Part shown: piece after piece, positions 24,296-36,640 of the stretch
How positions within the stretch are numbered: position 1 is the first letter of the stretch
Layout: every line of letters begins with the position of its first letter
NCBI RefSeq assembly: GCF_006345805.1
Contig: NC_042997.1
Location: forward strand, 187,240,001-187,304,000
DNA: 64,000 nucleotides
Reading direction: 5' to 3'
From: Octopus sinensis
Taxonomy: Eukaryota
Notes under the pieces: model-generated
The model's database searches: none
What the model was told of the DNA's origin: nothing
What the model saw: only the letters and a program-made list of their open reading frames with translations
Translations under genes and position numbers: made by a program

Positions 24296-25125
24296 AACAA
24301 CAAGCAAGATGAGGAAAATACCTGTCAAATGTAAATAATGTAAATAATGTACATAATTCCTCATATATATATATGTATGTATGTGTGTGTGTTTGTGTGT
24401 GTGTATGTGTGTATATATATATATATACATGTAAATAGATAGATAGATATAGATATATATGTATGTGTGTGTATGTATGTATACATGTGTATGTATGTAT
24501 ATATTTGTGTGTGTGTGTGTGTATGTATACATGTATATATGTATGCATGTATATATGTATGTATATATGTATATGTATATATATATATGTGTATACATGT
24601 GTATAAGTATGTGTTTTGTGTGTGTGTTTGTTACTGCCTCATCTCCTTGTCATTGCATAATAGTTGTAATCAAGTGTCACTGTCATACAAGCGGTGTCCT
24701 TCATTTCCCTTCTTCTGAGAAATATCTGGCCATGGAGAAATATTATTTTACTGGGAAACAAGTGAGGGTTGGCAACAGGAAGGACATCCAGCCATAGAAA
24801 TTCCACATCAACAAATTCTGTCCAACCCATGCAAGCATGAAAAGATGTCATTGTTTTGTATATTAACCAATCAGGTACCCTTTATGCTACTGCTTGATCT
24901 ACTAGCAATAACAGTAACATTTCTATCAAATCATATCCTGAAATAAAATAAATGAATAAACAGGCGCAGGAGTGGCTGTGTGGTAAGTAGCTTGCTTACC
25001 AACCACATGGTTCCGAGTTCAGTCCCACTGCGTGGCACCTTGGGCAAATGTCTTCTACTATAGCCTTGGTCTGACCAAAGCTTTGTGAGCGTATTTGGTA
25101 GATGGAAACTGAAAGAAGCCCGTCG

Positions 25126-25156
<31 letters not shown>

Positions 25157-25722
25157 ATGTGTTTGTGTGTGTGTGTTTGTCCCTAAACATCACTTGACAA
25201 CCAATGCTGGTGCGTTTACGTTCCCCTAACTTAGCAGTTCAGCAAAAGAGACTGATAGAATAAGTACTTAGGCTTCTAAAGAATAAGTCTTGGAGTTGAT
25301 TTGCTCGACTAAAGGCGGTGCTCCAGCATGGCCACAGTCAAATGACTGAAACAAGTAAAAGAGTAAAACATTATATTCATGATATTTTTAAAATTCTTTT
25401 ATATGTTTCAGTCATTTGACTGCAGCCATGCTGGAGCACCACCTTTAGTTGAACAAATCGACCCCAGGACTTATTCTTTGTAAGCCTAGTACTTATTCTG
25501 TTGATTTCTTTTTTGTTGCCAAACTGATAAGTTACGAGGATGTAAACACACCAACATCGGTTGTCAAGTGATGGTAGGAGGTGGGAAACACAGACACACA
25601 AACATATACATATATTTATATATAATTAATAATATCAGGGTAATAAAGATTTTAGAAATTTTTACTACCAGTGGCCTAGCGTGTAGAAAATTTAGTCAAA
25701 GACTATATATTATTCATAAAAA

Positions 25723-26008
25723 TACAGTGTACATTTAAACACATAAGAAATATCCATCATAGGATTCCTTTCATGCTAGAAGGAACAGCTAAAGTTGAAA
25801 CCACTATTAGGGATAAAAACTCGAAGGGAATTATTTTATTTGCTAAAAACGTCTGAAACCATTGTTCAGGAGATAGATGGTAAATGTTTTTATTTTTCAT
25901 TCCCTTCGAGTTTCTATCCTTAATAGTGGATTTGGACTTTAGCTGTTCTTTTTAGCGTGAAAGGAATCCTATTATGGATACCTCTTATGTGTTTAAATGT
26001 ACACTGTA
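25723..26008. mobile_element. MITE-like element with ~108-bp TIRs and TA ends
   Basis: TAcagtgtacatttaaacacataag... / ...cttatgtgtttaaatgtacactgTA. Confidence 0.85.
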
Positions 26009-26795
26009 CTTATATATATATATATTATATATATATATATTATATATATATATATACACGGCAGACTTCTTTCAGTTTCTGTCTACCAAATCACTCACAA
26101 GGCTTTGGTTGGCCTGAAGCTATAGTAGAAGACACTTACCCAAAGTGCCATGCAAAGGACTGAACCTAGGATCATGTGGTTGGTAAGCAAGCTACTTACC
26201 ACACAGCCACTCCTGCACCTTAATTGTTTCAAATTTTGGCACAAAGTTAGGAATTTTAGAGGAAGGGGATTAGTTAATTACATTGGTCTTGTACTTAACT
26301 GGAACTCTATTTTCTAGACCTTGAAAGGATGAAAGGCAAAGTTGACCTCTGCAGGATTTGACCTCAGCGCATAAAGCTCTGGAAGAAATACCACTAAGTA
26401 TTTCATCCAGCAAGTCTGGTGGAATGTCTTTGATCATATATAGGTCAACCTGATCAGGGCTGACCCGGGGTTAAAGACAACAACAACAACACAATAACAA
26501 CAATAACATGCATATGTGCTAAACTCTGGAATCCAAAGAAACTAGTAACAGTTTCTTACACTGGTAATGATTATTCAGTATGAAAGGTCGCAGAAGAGTT
26601 TGCCAAGTTCAAACTGCACTGAGAAGTGTGGAATGTTAACATTTCACGTCCTTGACCTTCGCCCCCTCAGACAAAGGGCAAGGCCTGAAATTTTAAGATT
26701 CTATACCACCTCAAGGCAAATGAACTTAATGAACTTTCCTACCAAAATACATACACTAATAAGCCTGCTACTATGACATAGTTATGAGAAGAAGA

Positions 26796-26842
<47 letters not shown>

Positions 26843-27859
26843 TAATAATAATAACAATAACAATAATAATAATAATAATCATAATGAAGAACTTGTAATT
26901 ATTTATTTATCCTTCTATCTAATTAATGTTGGGTCGGTGGTAGAGAAATGTAATCAAAGCATCAGCTGCAGTGTAAAGTCAGAGGTTTGGGTGGGGCTTC
27001 CCGCAAGGAACGGAGAATTGCATGTATTTTTGTTGTTAGAAGGTATTTTTTTTTGTATGTTTTTGTTTTTGCACTTCTTCAATGTACTGAATGAATCTCT
27101 GTTTTTTTTTTTATGTATTTATTTTTTGCTGTTTGACTTATTATGTTTTTTGGTATTTTTTTCTCGTTTCTTCGTTTATTTTATCTTTTACAAAACTTCT
27201 TTTTTTTCTGTTGAATCAAAAGAACCACCCCTCCCACTCCTCCACACATCTTTCATCGTCCTCATTTTCATCTTCCATCAGCGCTTTCCTCATCCTTCAC
27301 CACCTCTGATGCTGTGACAAAAAAAGAAAAAAGAAAAAATTCATCAAAAAAGGCAACAAGAAAAGAAACTTATAAAAGAAAAGGTAATAAAATTAAAGTA
27401 AAAAATAGAAAAAACAAAAGCTAATTATTGAGATAATTCATCATATTCTATTTTCTCTGATCCCTCCTCCTCTTCCCTCCTCCCCTTCCCTCCTCCCCTC
27501 CTCTTGCTACTACTACTACTACTACTACTAGTGTCATTAGTGTTCTTACCTATGTAATACATACCTTGCCCAGTGAACCAGTGAATTAGTATCTTGATCT
27601 GCAAGAAACCGCAGCCAAATATTTCTCAGATCACACCTAGCATTTTAAAGAAGCAATTCAATGTTGGACAATGTGACTCTGATATACAAAAGGAAAGGCA
27701 GAGTTGAAACACTTATCAAATAGCCCTCAGATGACACCTTAGTATTTTAAAGTTAGAAGTTCACATTGGACATTGTAATTCTGATATACAAAAGAACAGA
27801 GTGGTCAGTCAGATCCAGTACCCAAGGGTTTCACTGATCTAGAGACCCAATTCTGATCC

Positions 27860-28270
27860 CTGTATTATTTTTTATTATGGTCGGGTTCCGACCTGACTTG
27901 TGGCAACAAAGTCCACTTGTCACACTTCTTGGTCCAACATCACTGCCTTGAGATCCTAGATACATTTAGACCAGTGTCTGCAATTAAGTTGGCAATGTAA
28001 GTATGATGACGTTTTCCTCTTCTTAACATCACCTTGAAGTGGGTTCCACAAGACTAATTTGGATACTTCCAGTTCAGGGTGGTGCATGCAGTGACCAGAT
28101 AGTTGCAACTGTCTCTGCCTGGTCTTCTCATGAACAAGAGGGCACCACAGAAATGGTAAATGGTTCACAGCACAAAAGAAATCACTTTAAACTTGCTAAA
28201 ATAATATTTGGGATGCCTTTATCTCTACTAAGTATAGCTGCAGATGTGTTGCCTAAGATTAATTTTTAGG
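27860..28270 (-). mobile_element. RTE LINE 3' ORF2 fragment (different subfamily)
   Basis: RQRQLQLSGHCMHHPELEVSKLVLWNPLQG...YIANLIADTGL...DLKAVMLDQEV, resembling R.RRL.LAGHC.RHPE..S.L.LW.P.HG of the RTE C-terminus. Confidence 0.75.
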
Positions 28271-28639
28271 ATCTGTTCAAAGACTTTGCGATTCAAAAAA
28301 GTAGGAGAAAACTTTTCAAATATAAATAAAGTGGAAGTATACAAAAATAAGCATTGTTTTTCTTCTTATTGTTTAGTTTCATATTGAAAAATAAAAATTT
28401 GTTTTATGGTTTGTTATTGTTTATATTTTGAATTACATAATCTTTTATGGGGCACCAAAACCTTTTAAGTGCCTAAGGCCTGGATGGGTTTTAATCCAAC
28501 CCTGATGATGTGACTTGCTGTGAATAAATACATACCCCAGGGCTCAGTACATTGATTTGTCCAGGGCCTTTAACACTGCTAAGACAGCCTTGGTCAAACC
28601 TGAAACAATTTAACCCATTGCAGATGGGAAGTGGTACTG

Positions 28640-28734
28640 TCCTCATCGAAACCCTGTGTGTGTGTAAACAGTGTGATGTCTCGCTCTGCATGGCACCATT
28701 ATTTCAAATACACCACACTAAGAAGACTCTGTAA
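28640..28734 (+). mobile_element. piggyBac/PGBD transposase C-terminal cysteine-rich domain fragment
   Basis: ETLCVCKQCDVSLCMAPLFQIHHTKK* resembles the piggyBac CRD E.RY.C..C.V.LC..PCF..YH. Confidence 0.7.
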
Positions 28735-28913
28735 ATACATTACAAAATTCCTTGTATGAAAAATTATGCAGTTACTGAACAGCCTAATACTGGTATGCAG
28801 CAAAGATTGTCAGTACTAAATCCATCTGCAAGGGGCTAATCATATGGCTGTTTGGTCAAAACTGATCTAGGGCTAAACAAAGCAACCATATCCTGCTTTA
28901 AAACTCATAATTA

Positions 28914-29142
28914 TTAACCATTTCGTTACTGTATTTATCTTGAGATGTTCTGTGTTTCTTTCAATTACTTTAAATATAACAAAGAGTTTAGTAAAATAAC
29001 TTAGTTATCATTCAGCTAGTGTTAGGAACATAAATTGTGACTAAGGTTTGGTGGAAGATTTTTAATTCCAAACTTATGAAAACAAGACATTTGTACTCAG
29101 AGCCAGAGCCGCTTTCAGCCAGGTTGGTAGCGAAAAGGTTAG
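28914..29142. mobile_element. piggyBac-type (TTAA) MITE
   Basis: TTAAccatttcgttac ... gtagcgaaaaggTTAG; a degenerate inverted relative lies at ~43600-43840. Confidence 0.7.
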
Positions 29143-29404
29143 CCTGTTTTAAAACTCACAATTATTGTCACCTGAAATTTTTGAACTAAATAAACTTGTT
29201 ATAACTAAATAAACTTTTTATAACTAAACCTGATTGTAGAATCCATTCTACTGTCACAAAAGTTTACATTTCCTCTTTTAGTTGGTGGGGAGCAGCTTGA
29301 CAAAACAGTAATATATTGGTGTCAGTAATATAATAATTTGTAAATTAGACACACAGTCACAAACTTTAGGCAAAGTAGGTGCAGGCATGGCTGTGTGGTA
29401 AGAA

Positions 29405-29815
29405 ACAAACTGGCAGAAATGTTAGCATGCTGGGCGACATGCTTAGCGATATTTTGTCTGCTGCTACGTTCTGAGTTCGAATTCTGCCGAGGTCAACTTT
29501 GCCTTTCATCCTTTTGGGGTCGATAAATTAAGTACCAGTTACATACTAGGGTCAATATAATCGACTTAATCCATTTGTCTGTCCTTGTTTGTCCTCTCTA
29601 TGTTTAGCCCCTTGTGGGTAATAAAGAAATAGGTATTTCGTCTGCCGTTATGTTCTGAGTTCAAATTCCGCTGAGGTCGACTTTGCCTTTCATCCTTTCG
29701 GGGTTGATAAATTAAGTACCAGTTATGTACAGGTGTCGATGTAATCAACTTTATCCCTTTGTCTGTCCTTGTTTGTCCCCTCTGTATTTAGCCCCTTATG
29801 GGCAATAAAGAAAGA
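29405..29815 (+). mobile_element. dimeric family B SINE nested in a family A SINE head
   Basis: Family A head at 29378-29404 resumes at ~29820 (cttgcttcccaaccac); same dimer junction as the 13.2-kb and 15.7-kb copies. Confidence 0.8.
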
Positions 29816-30029
29816 AGACGCTTGCTTCCCAACCACTTGTTTCTGGGTCCAGTCACAATGCGTAGTACCTTGAGCGAGTATATTCTACTATAGCCTGGGG
29901 CTGACCAAAACCTTCACTTAGTAGAGCCTTCTCCTGTAACTCAAAGAGACTATACTACCCTTAGAATGCAAGCTGTACCCAACAATGCTGTCTTCTGGAT
30001 CACTTCAAGCCTGACAACTTTATTATTAT

Positions 30030-30535
30030 TATTATTATTATTTATTATTATGTTTGACTTTTGCTTTACATTTGTACAAGTTGGCTCCAAGTCTCACCCA
30101 CAGACCTCAAGAGATCACAAGTAAGAGGTTCATGTTGGTGTTATGACTAGCGTGCCATATATTTTGTTTTGTACATAGTGTTGTTCTAGAGAATGTTTAA
30201 GAAACCATAAGAAAATTATGCTTGTTTTAAAATATGAGATTACATAGAAAGTATTTTGTGTAGGATATGGGCAGTCCCCATTAGCACTATCTTTTGAATT
30301 TCTGCCATTTTGGGGTTTCCTGGTATCTGAGCAAGGTAGCAATCAGCCCCTTTTGCTATCATTCCTAAGGCACCTATGACGACAGGTATTGTTTTAGTCT
30401 TCAGGTTCCACATTTTGCTAATTTCTATTTCAAGATCTTTATACTTACTCAATTTTTGGTAGGCCTCGATTGGGATAGCCATATCAATGATGAGGCATGA
30501 TTTTTGTCTGATGTCTTTCAATATGATGTCTTTAT
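30030..30535 (-). mobile_element. 5'-truncated R4/Dong-like non-LTR retrotransposon (RLE C-terminus + 3' UTR) inside (TAA)n
   Basis: DIILKDIRQKSCLIIDMAIP...QKLSKYKDLEIEISKMWNLKTKTIPVVIGALGMI...GTAHILHKILSM* matches the PD..D..K.KY restriction-like endonuclease region; (TAA)n on both sides. Confidence 0.9.
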
Positions 30536-30552
30536 CATCATCATTGTTGTTG

Positions 30553-30598
<46 letters not shown>

Positions 30599-30741
30599 TT
30601 TTACTTGTTATATTTTCGTTGTTATCTTGCATTTTTACATGGACTTTACAAACGGACAAAACCCTTTTTGTAACTTTCGTCCTGTATTTTGTCCTTACAT
30701 CTTTTATTTGATTTTTGTTAGCCCTTGTGGCCAATAAACGA

Positions 30742-30772
<31 letters not shown>

Positions 30773-30817
30773 GTAATTGTTATTGTTATCATTATCATTA
30801 TCATAATTATCATTCTT

Positions 30818-30848
<31 letters not shown>

Positions 30849-30860
30849 TTATTATTATTA

Positions 30861-30906
<46 letters not shown>

Positions 30907-32748
30907 CGTTATTATTATTATTATTATTTTTCATCATCATCATTTTTATTAATGTTGTTGTTATTCTTGTCGCAAATGTAGTTTAGTATTGTTTTTTACC
31001 GCTTTCTTTTTAATTCACATGATGATTGCCCATTGACGAGGGCAGACACCTTTCTTTCTTTTCCTATTATTGTTGCAGTAGCAGTAGGAGCAGTAATAGT
31101 ATTAGCAGGAGTGGTAGTAGTAGTAATTCTTGCTGTTGTTGTTGTTGTTGTGGTATACTTCTTGAGAATTCCCACGTTTTATTATCAGCCAACATTGCAA
31201 CCAATGTCGCCATGATGAGAAATATGAAATGTTTATTGTGCCATACACACACACATGCATACACACAGGCACACACACACACTCTCACACACATACACAC
31301 ACGTGTGTATGTATGCATACATGTGTGTTAGTGTATGCGTGTGTATATATGTATATATATATATATACACACACACAGTCACCTCAAAAGTAAATAGATT
31401 CACCTCACTTTATATAAACGTATATTTATATAACAGATGAGAGAAAATGTATAACTAAATTTTAAACAATTACTTATATACATACACACACACATACATA
31501 TGCATGTACACTTGTTCTTTTTACTCTTTTTACTTGTTTCAGTCATTTGACTGCGGCCATGCTGGAGCACCGCCTTTAGTCGAGCAAATAGTTTAGTATA
31601 ACCAGCTGAAATTGCAAAGATAATCTGGAACTCGACTGAGGAAAGAAAACTCCGAATGACCTGTCCTTGTTTTCTTTGTATCGTCTATCTGGATGTTTCG
31701 TTATCCCTTTTTTGTATCATCTAACAGTCTGGATATTTTGTGTTCTTGTCCCATTTTGTATTTCCACATATATTTATATATATATATATAAATATATTTC
31801 TAAGGCATTGTGAGAGTAATAACTTGGTGTAGAAATCAATATATGTATTTTGTTGTGTGTAGGGGAGAGTCACACTGCTTTGGTTCAAAATAAAGTGTTA
31901 GATGAATATAGAGTGGTAGTAAGAACAAAGAGATGACACATGAAAAACAATAGCTATGTTATGAATTTCATTTGCTGAGGACATGTATAATATTGTCATT
32001 GTTTTTTCCGTGTCATCTCCTTTTCTTAAGCATATAGATTAAAGTAGAAAGGAAAGGCAAATGATTTGGCAAGACTTGATGCGAACATTTAATTTAGCTA
32101 TATAATGGTTTCAAATTTTGTGACAAGGTCAGCAATTTTGTGGGAGGGGATGAATTGATTACATCGACCCCCAGTGTTTAACTGGTACTATTTTATCGAC
32201 TCAGAAATGATGAAAGGTAAAGATGAACTTGGTGAAATTTGAACTCAGAGTGTAGCAATGGGTGAAATACTGCTAGGCATTTCGTCTGGTGTGCTAAAGA
32301 TTCTACCAGCTCACCACTTTGGTAGGTAGAAATTCGTTGGCATTGCTGTGTGGTAAGAAGCTTACTTCCCAACTACATGGTTCTGGGTTCAGTCCCACCA
32401 TATGACACCTTGGGCAAGTGTCTTCTATATAGCCTTGGAGCAATCAAAGCCTTGTTAGTGGATTTAGGAGACAGAATTTGCAAGAAGCCCATTGTATACA
32501 TATCTCTTACTCTTTTACTTGTTTCAGTCATTTGATCATGGCCATGCTGGAGCACCGACTTTAGTCAAGCAAATCGACCCCAGAGTTTATTCTTTGTAAG
32601 CCTAGTACTTATTCTATTGGTCTCTTTGCTGAACTGCTAAGTTACGGGGATGTAAACACACCAGTATCGGTTGTCAAGCGGTGTTGGGGAGACAAGCACA
32701 GACACACAAACATACATACATACATACATACATACATACATACATACA

Positions 32749-32784
<36 letters not shown>

Positions 32785-33768
32785 TAAATATATATATATA
32801 TATACGATGGGCTTCTTTCAGTTTCCATCTACCAAATCTACTAACAAGGCTTTGGTCGGCCTGAGGCTATAGTAGAAGGCACTTGAAAGAAGCCAGTCGT
32901 ATGTATGTATATATACATATATACATATATATATATATATATGTGTGTGTGTGCGTATATGTTTGTGTCTGTGTTTGTCCCCCAACATCACTTGACAACC
33001 GATGGTGGTGTGTTTACGTCTCTGTAACTTAGCGGTTCGGCAAAAGAGACTGATAGAATAAGTACTAGGCTTGCAAAGAATAAGTCCTGGGGTTGATTTA
33101 CTCGACTAAATTGCAGAATGAAACTGAAAGAAGCCCATTGTGTGTGTGTGCCTGTTTGTCCCCCACACTACTTGACAACAGGTTTTGTCCCCATGACTTA
33201 GCAGTTTGGCCAAAGTGATTGATAGAATAGGTACTAGGCTTAAAAGATAAGTACTGGGGCTGATTCATTTGATTAAAATTCTTCAAAGCAGTGTCCCAGC
33301 ATGGCCACAATCTAAACGAGCAAAGGATAAAACAAGCATGTATTTGTGTATCTGGTTTGTTTACATCCCCATATCTTAACAGTTCAGCGCAAGAGATTGA
33401 TAAAATAAGTACCAGACTCAAAACTTAAGTACTGAGGATGGGCGATTTATTTTGACTAAAACCGTTTGAGGCAGTGCTCCAGCATGGCTGCAGTCCAATG
33501 ATTGCAACAAAAGATAAAAGACATGATATATGTATATATTCTTTTCTACACTAGGCATGAGGCCAAAAATTTTTGGGGAGGGGGGGCAGACGATTAGATT
33601 GACCCAAGTATGCAACTGGTACGTAATTTATCGACCCCAAAAGGATGAATGGCAAAACTGACCTCGGTGGAATTTGAACTCAGAACGTAAAGACAGATGA
33701 AATTTCGCTAAGCATTTCGCACGGTGTGCCAACACTTCCGCCAGCTTGCCGCCTGATATATGTATATA

Positions 33769-33807
<39 letters not shown>

Positions 33808-35299
33808 GTGTTTGTGTGTGTGTATGGGCGTGTATGTATGTATACACATTTATTCACATGCCTGTTGACGTTCTCACTCACATATATACATATATCATTA
33901 GTAATTTTAATTTCCATTCTTTGTCTTTTGGGTGAAGGGAGAACTAGAAGGAGAGTGAAAGGTAGAGAGGGGGCGAGAAAGAGGAGTAGTTATAGTAGTA
34001 GGAGGAGGTGGAGGAGGAGGAAGAGGAAAAATAGATGTGAGGTTATTGAGTGCAGAAACTTCTATTTATTTTCCACATTTCTCAATGACTGTAAAATATG
34101 GGTCTATTTTAAAAAAAAAACTGGGTGGAGGAACGAGAAGACGAAGACCAGGATAAGCTGACATTAATAAAAAAAATACTACAAATCTTCCCATGCCGTC
34201 CCCACCTCTTGGCAAGCTTTTATATATTTATATATTTATTTATTTATTTATCTAATTAATTAATAAGTTTCCATGGCTGCACGTGCAGAAGTGTATGTTT
34301 GCGTTTGTGACTGCGACCACAGTACAGGCATGGATGAGCTGTATGCTTTGTAATCATGTGTTCACTGGTTCTCTTCCATTGCATGGCATCTTGGGATATA
34401 AAAAAAACAAAGGCATTTTTTTACCATGGCCTCAGGCTGATCCGCGACTTATGAGTGAAATTGGATAGAGGGGAAACTATGTAGGAGCCCATCAGATGGA
34501 ATCTACCTGTAATTCAAAAGTCCAGCCTTGTCACACACAGTAGCATACTCTTTACTCTCTTTTACTCTTTTAATTGTTTCAGTCATTTGACTGTGGCCAT
34601 GCTGGACTTATTCTTTGTAAGCCTAGTACTTATTATATTGGTCTCTTTTGCCAAACCACTAAGTTACGGAGATGTAAACACATCACCATCGGTTGTCAAG
34701 CGATGTTGGTGGGGCCAAACACAGACACACAAACATATATATATACATATATATGATGGACTTCTTTCAGTTTCCGTCTACCAAATCGACTTACAAGGCT
34801 TTGGTCAGCCCGAGACTATAGTAGAAGACACTTGCCCAAGGTGACACGCAGTGGGACTGAACCCGGAACCATGTGGTTTGTAAGCAAACTACTTACCAGA
34901 CAGCCACTCCTACGCCTGGCTACTTACCACACAGCCACTCCTACGCCTGGCTACTTACCACACAGCCACTCCTATGCATGCTGATTTTTCTGAGTTTTAT
35001 ATTGAGGGTGTCACCCACTTTGGGCAAGTGTCTCCTACTGTGACCTTGACCTGACCAAAGCTTTGTGAATGGATTTGGTAAACAGAAACTGAAAGAAGCT
35101 TGCCTCACACACACACATGTATGTATTGTTTGTTTCTTCTCAAGCCATGCCTGGCTCATAGGGCCGGTTTCCTGGTTTCCCAGTTTCCTTGGCGTATAGG
35201 TTCCTCACCTGGACAGGACACTGATCCACCGCAGGTGAGCTGGAAGATGCAGGAGGAAAGAGTGAGGGGAAGTTGTGGTGAAAGAGCTGGCATACACAT

Positions 35300-36130
35300 T
35301 CATTACTGTGTCCCTGGGAAGATCTTTGATCACTTTCTCGATCTTGACCACCAGCTCAGCCTTGGTGTTGCAGGCAGAGCAGTTGGTGCCTTTCTCAACT
35401 GCACCCTACATTCCCATGGGATTATACTGGAGGAATCAGGAAGCCAGAAATTAGGGCTGGTGAAATCAGAAATTTTCTGACAATCCTTTCTGATTCTTTC
35501 TGGAGGAATGGCAAGGAGCAGAATCCTACTGCCGTACATATGGCCTTCTAGCAGCAACACTCTCCTGTCAGAGATTGACCACAGTCTCCTGCAGATTCAC
35601 ATAGCCGTCTGAATCGAGCCTAAGACTCTGTTCAAAGATGCGGGGATGAATTCCAGTGTACAGACACAGTCAAAATGTCTGCTATGTTTCCTCTTCCTGC
35701 TAGCCATGGCCTTGTAGCCTCCACTGCTGCTGTCCATGTCACATCTAACAGCCTTTACAGTGTCCACAGAGCATTGAGCAGCAGTCATGATGTCGGATAA
35801 ATCCTGGAGATAAATTCTAGCATGCAGATGCAGTCAGAATGCCTGCTGTGTCCCTTCTTGCTGGCCACAACATCATAGTCTCTGTTGCAGCTGTCCATGT
35901 CACATCTTACAGCCTTTACGGTGCTCACAAAGCATTGAGCAGCAGTCATGTGGCTGGCATTTTGACACCTGGTGCAAATCATCATGATATACAGGTAACT
36001 CTTTCCCAATATTCAGATGGCTTCCAGTCTGCCATGTCAGCTAATCTTCTCTCTGCTACAATTTAAATCTTTATGTTCTCCAACACCCCTGACTGTTTGC
36101 CAATACATCAAACTGTTCCTGAAAACAAAA
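35300..36130 (-). mobile_element. second DD37D/maT-type transposon remnant with a tandemly duplicated HTH-coding segment
   Basis: PHIFEQSLRLDSDGYV...RRPYVRQ*DSAPCHSSRK...GAVEKGTNCSACNTKAELV; the N-terminal block (AAQC.V.TVKAVRCDMDS...ASRK.HSR..DC..TLEFI) occurs twice (ORFs 35597-35788 and 35785-36009). Confidence 0.8.
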
Positions 36131-36399
36131 GAGGAGACATCATCGTTTAACGTCCACTTTCCATGCTAGCATGGGTTGGACGATTTTGACTGAGGGCTGG
36201 CAAACCAGATGGCTGCACCAGGCTCCAATCTTGATTTGGCAGAGTTTCTACAGCTAGATGCCAGTCTCACTCGAATGACCTCACTCGAATCTTTTTCCTC
36301 GCTCGAATCTTTTAAAAAAAAAGCTGTCAAATTTAGTCTGAACACTTTGTTGATCATTGATGTATATAGACAGAGGAGATTGTGGTATAAAATTCATCT

Positions 36400-36640
36400 T
36401 TGAGGTGGGGTGGGGGCACCAGAGTTGATTGAGAGCGAAGTAGAAGGAGCTCTATCAACACATGTTGCTATGACATGGTCTGATAGGAAGCTACTAATCC
36501 AAGATATGGTAGATGGGTGGAACCCATAGACAGGAAATTTCGATAGGGGATTTACATACCAGACACAGTTGAAGGCGTTGCTGATATATCTAAGCAACAA
36601 CATTGTTTTTTCTGAGCTTTTTCTAAAGCAAGAACTCACT
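36400..36640 (-). mobile_element. CR1/Jockey-like LINE reverse-transcriptase fragment
   Basis: YISNAFNCVWYVNPLSKFPVYGFHPSTISWISSFLSD...INSG resembles DISKAFDRVWH..LLSKL.SYG.....WI.SFLS.R...INSGVPQG. Confidence 0.85.

Larger units (their letters stand above)
23473..24360 (+). mobile_element. second copy of the tRNA-head/microsatellite/hammerhead element, with a 550-bp insert inside its (AAT)n
   Basis: Head atggtgtagtggttaagag...gagttcgatttc-aggcagtgacctga and body gaatgagaacccaggttcgaaattt...aaatgtaaataatgtaaataat match the 19325-19745 copy. Confidence 0.8.
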
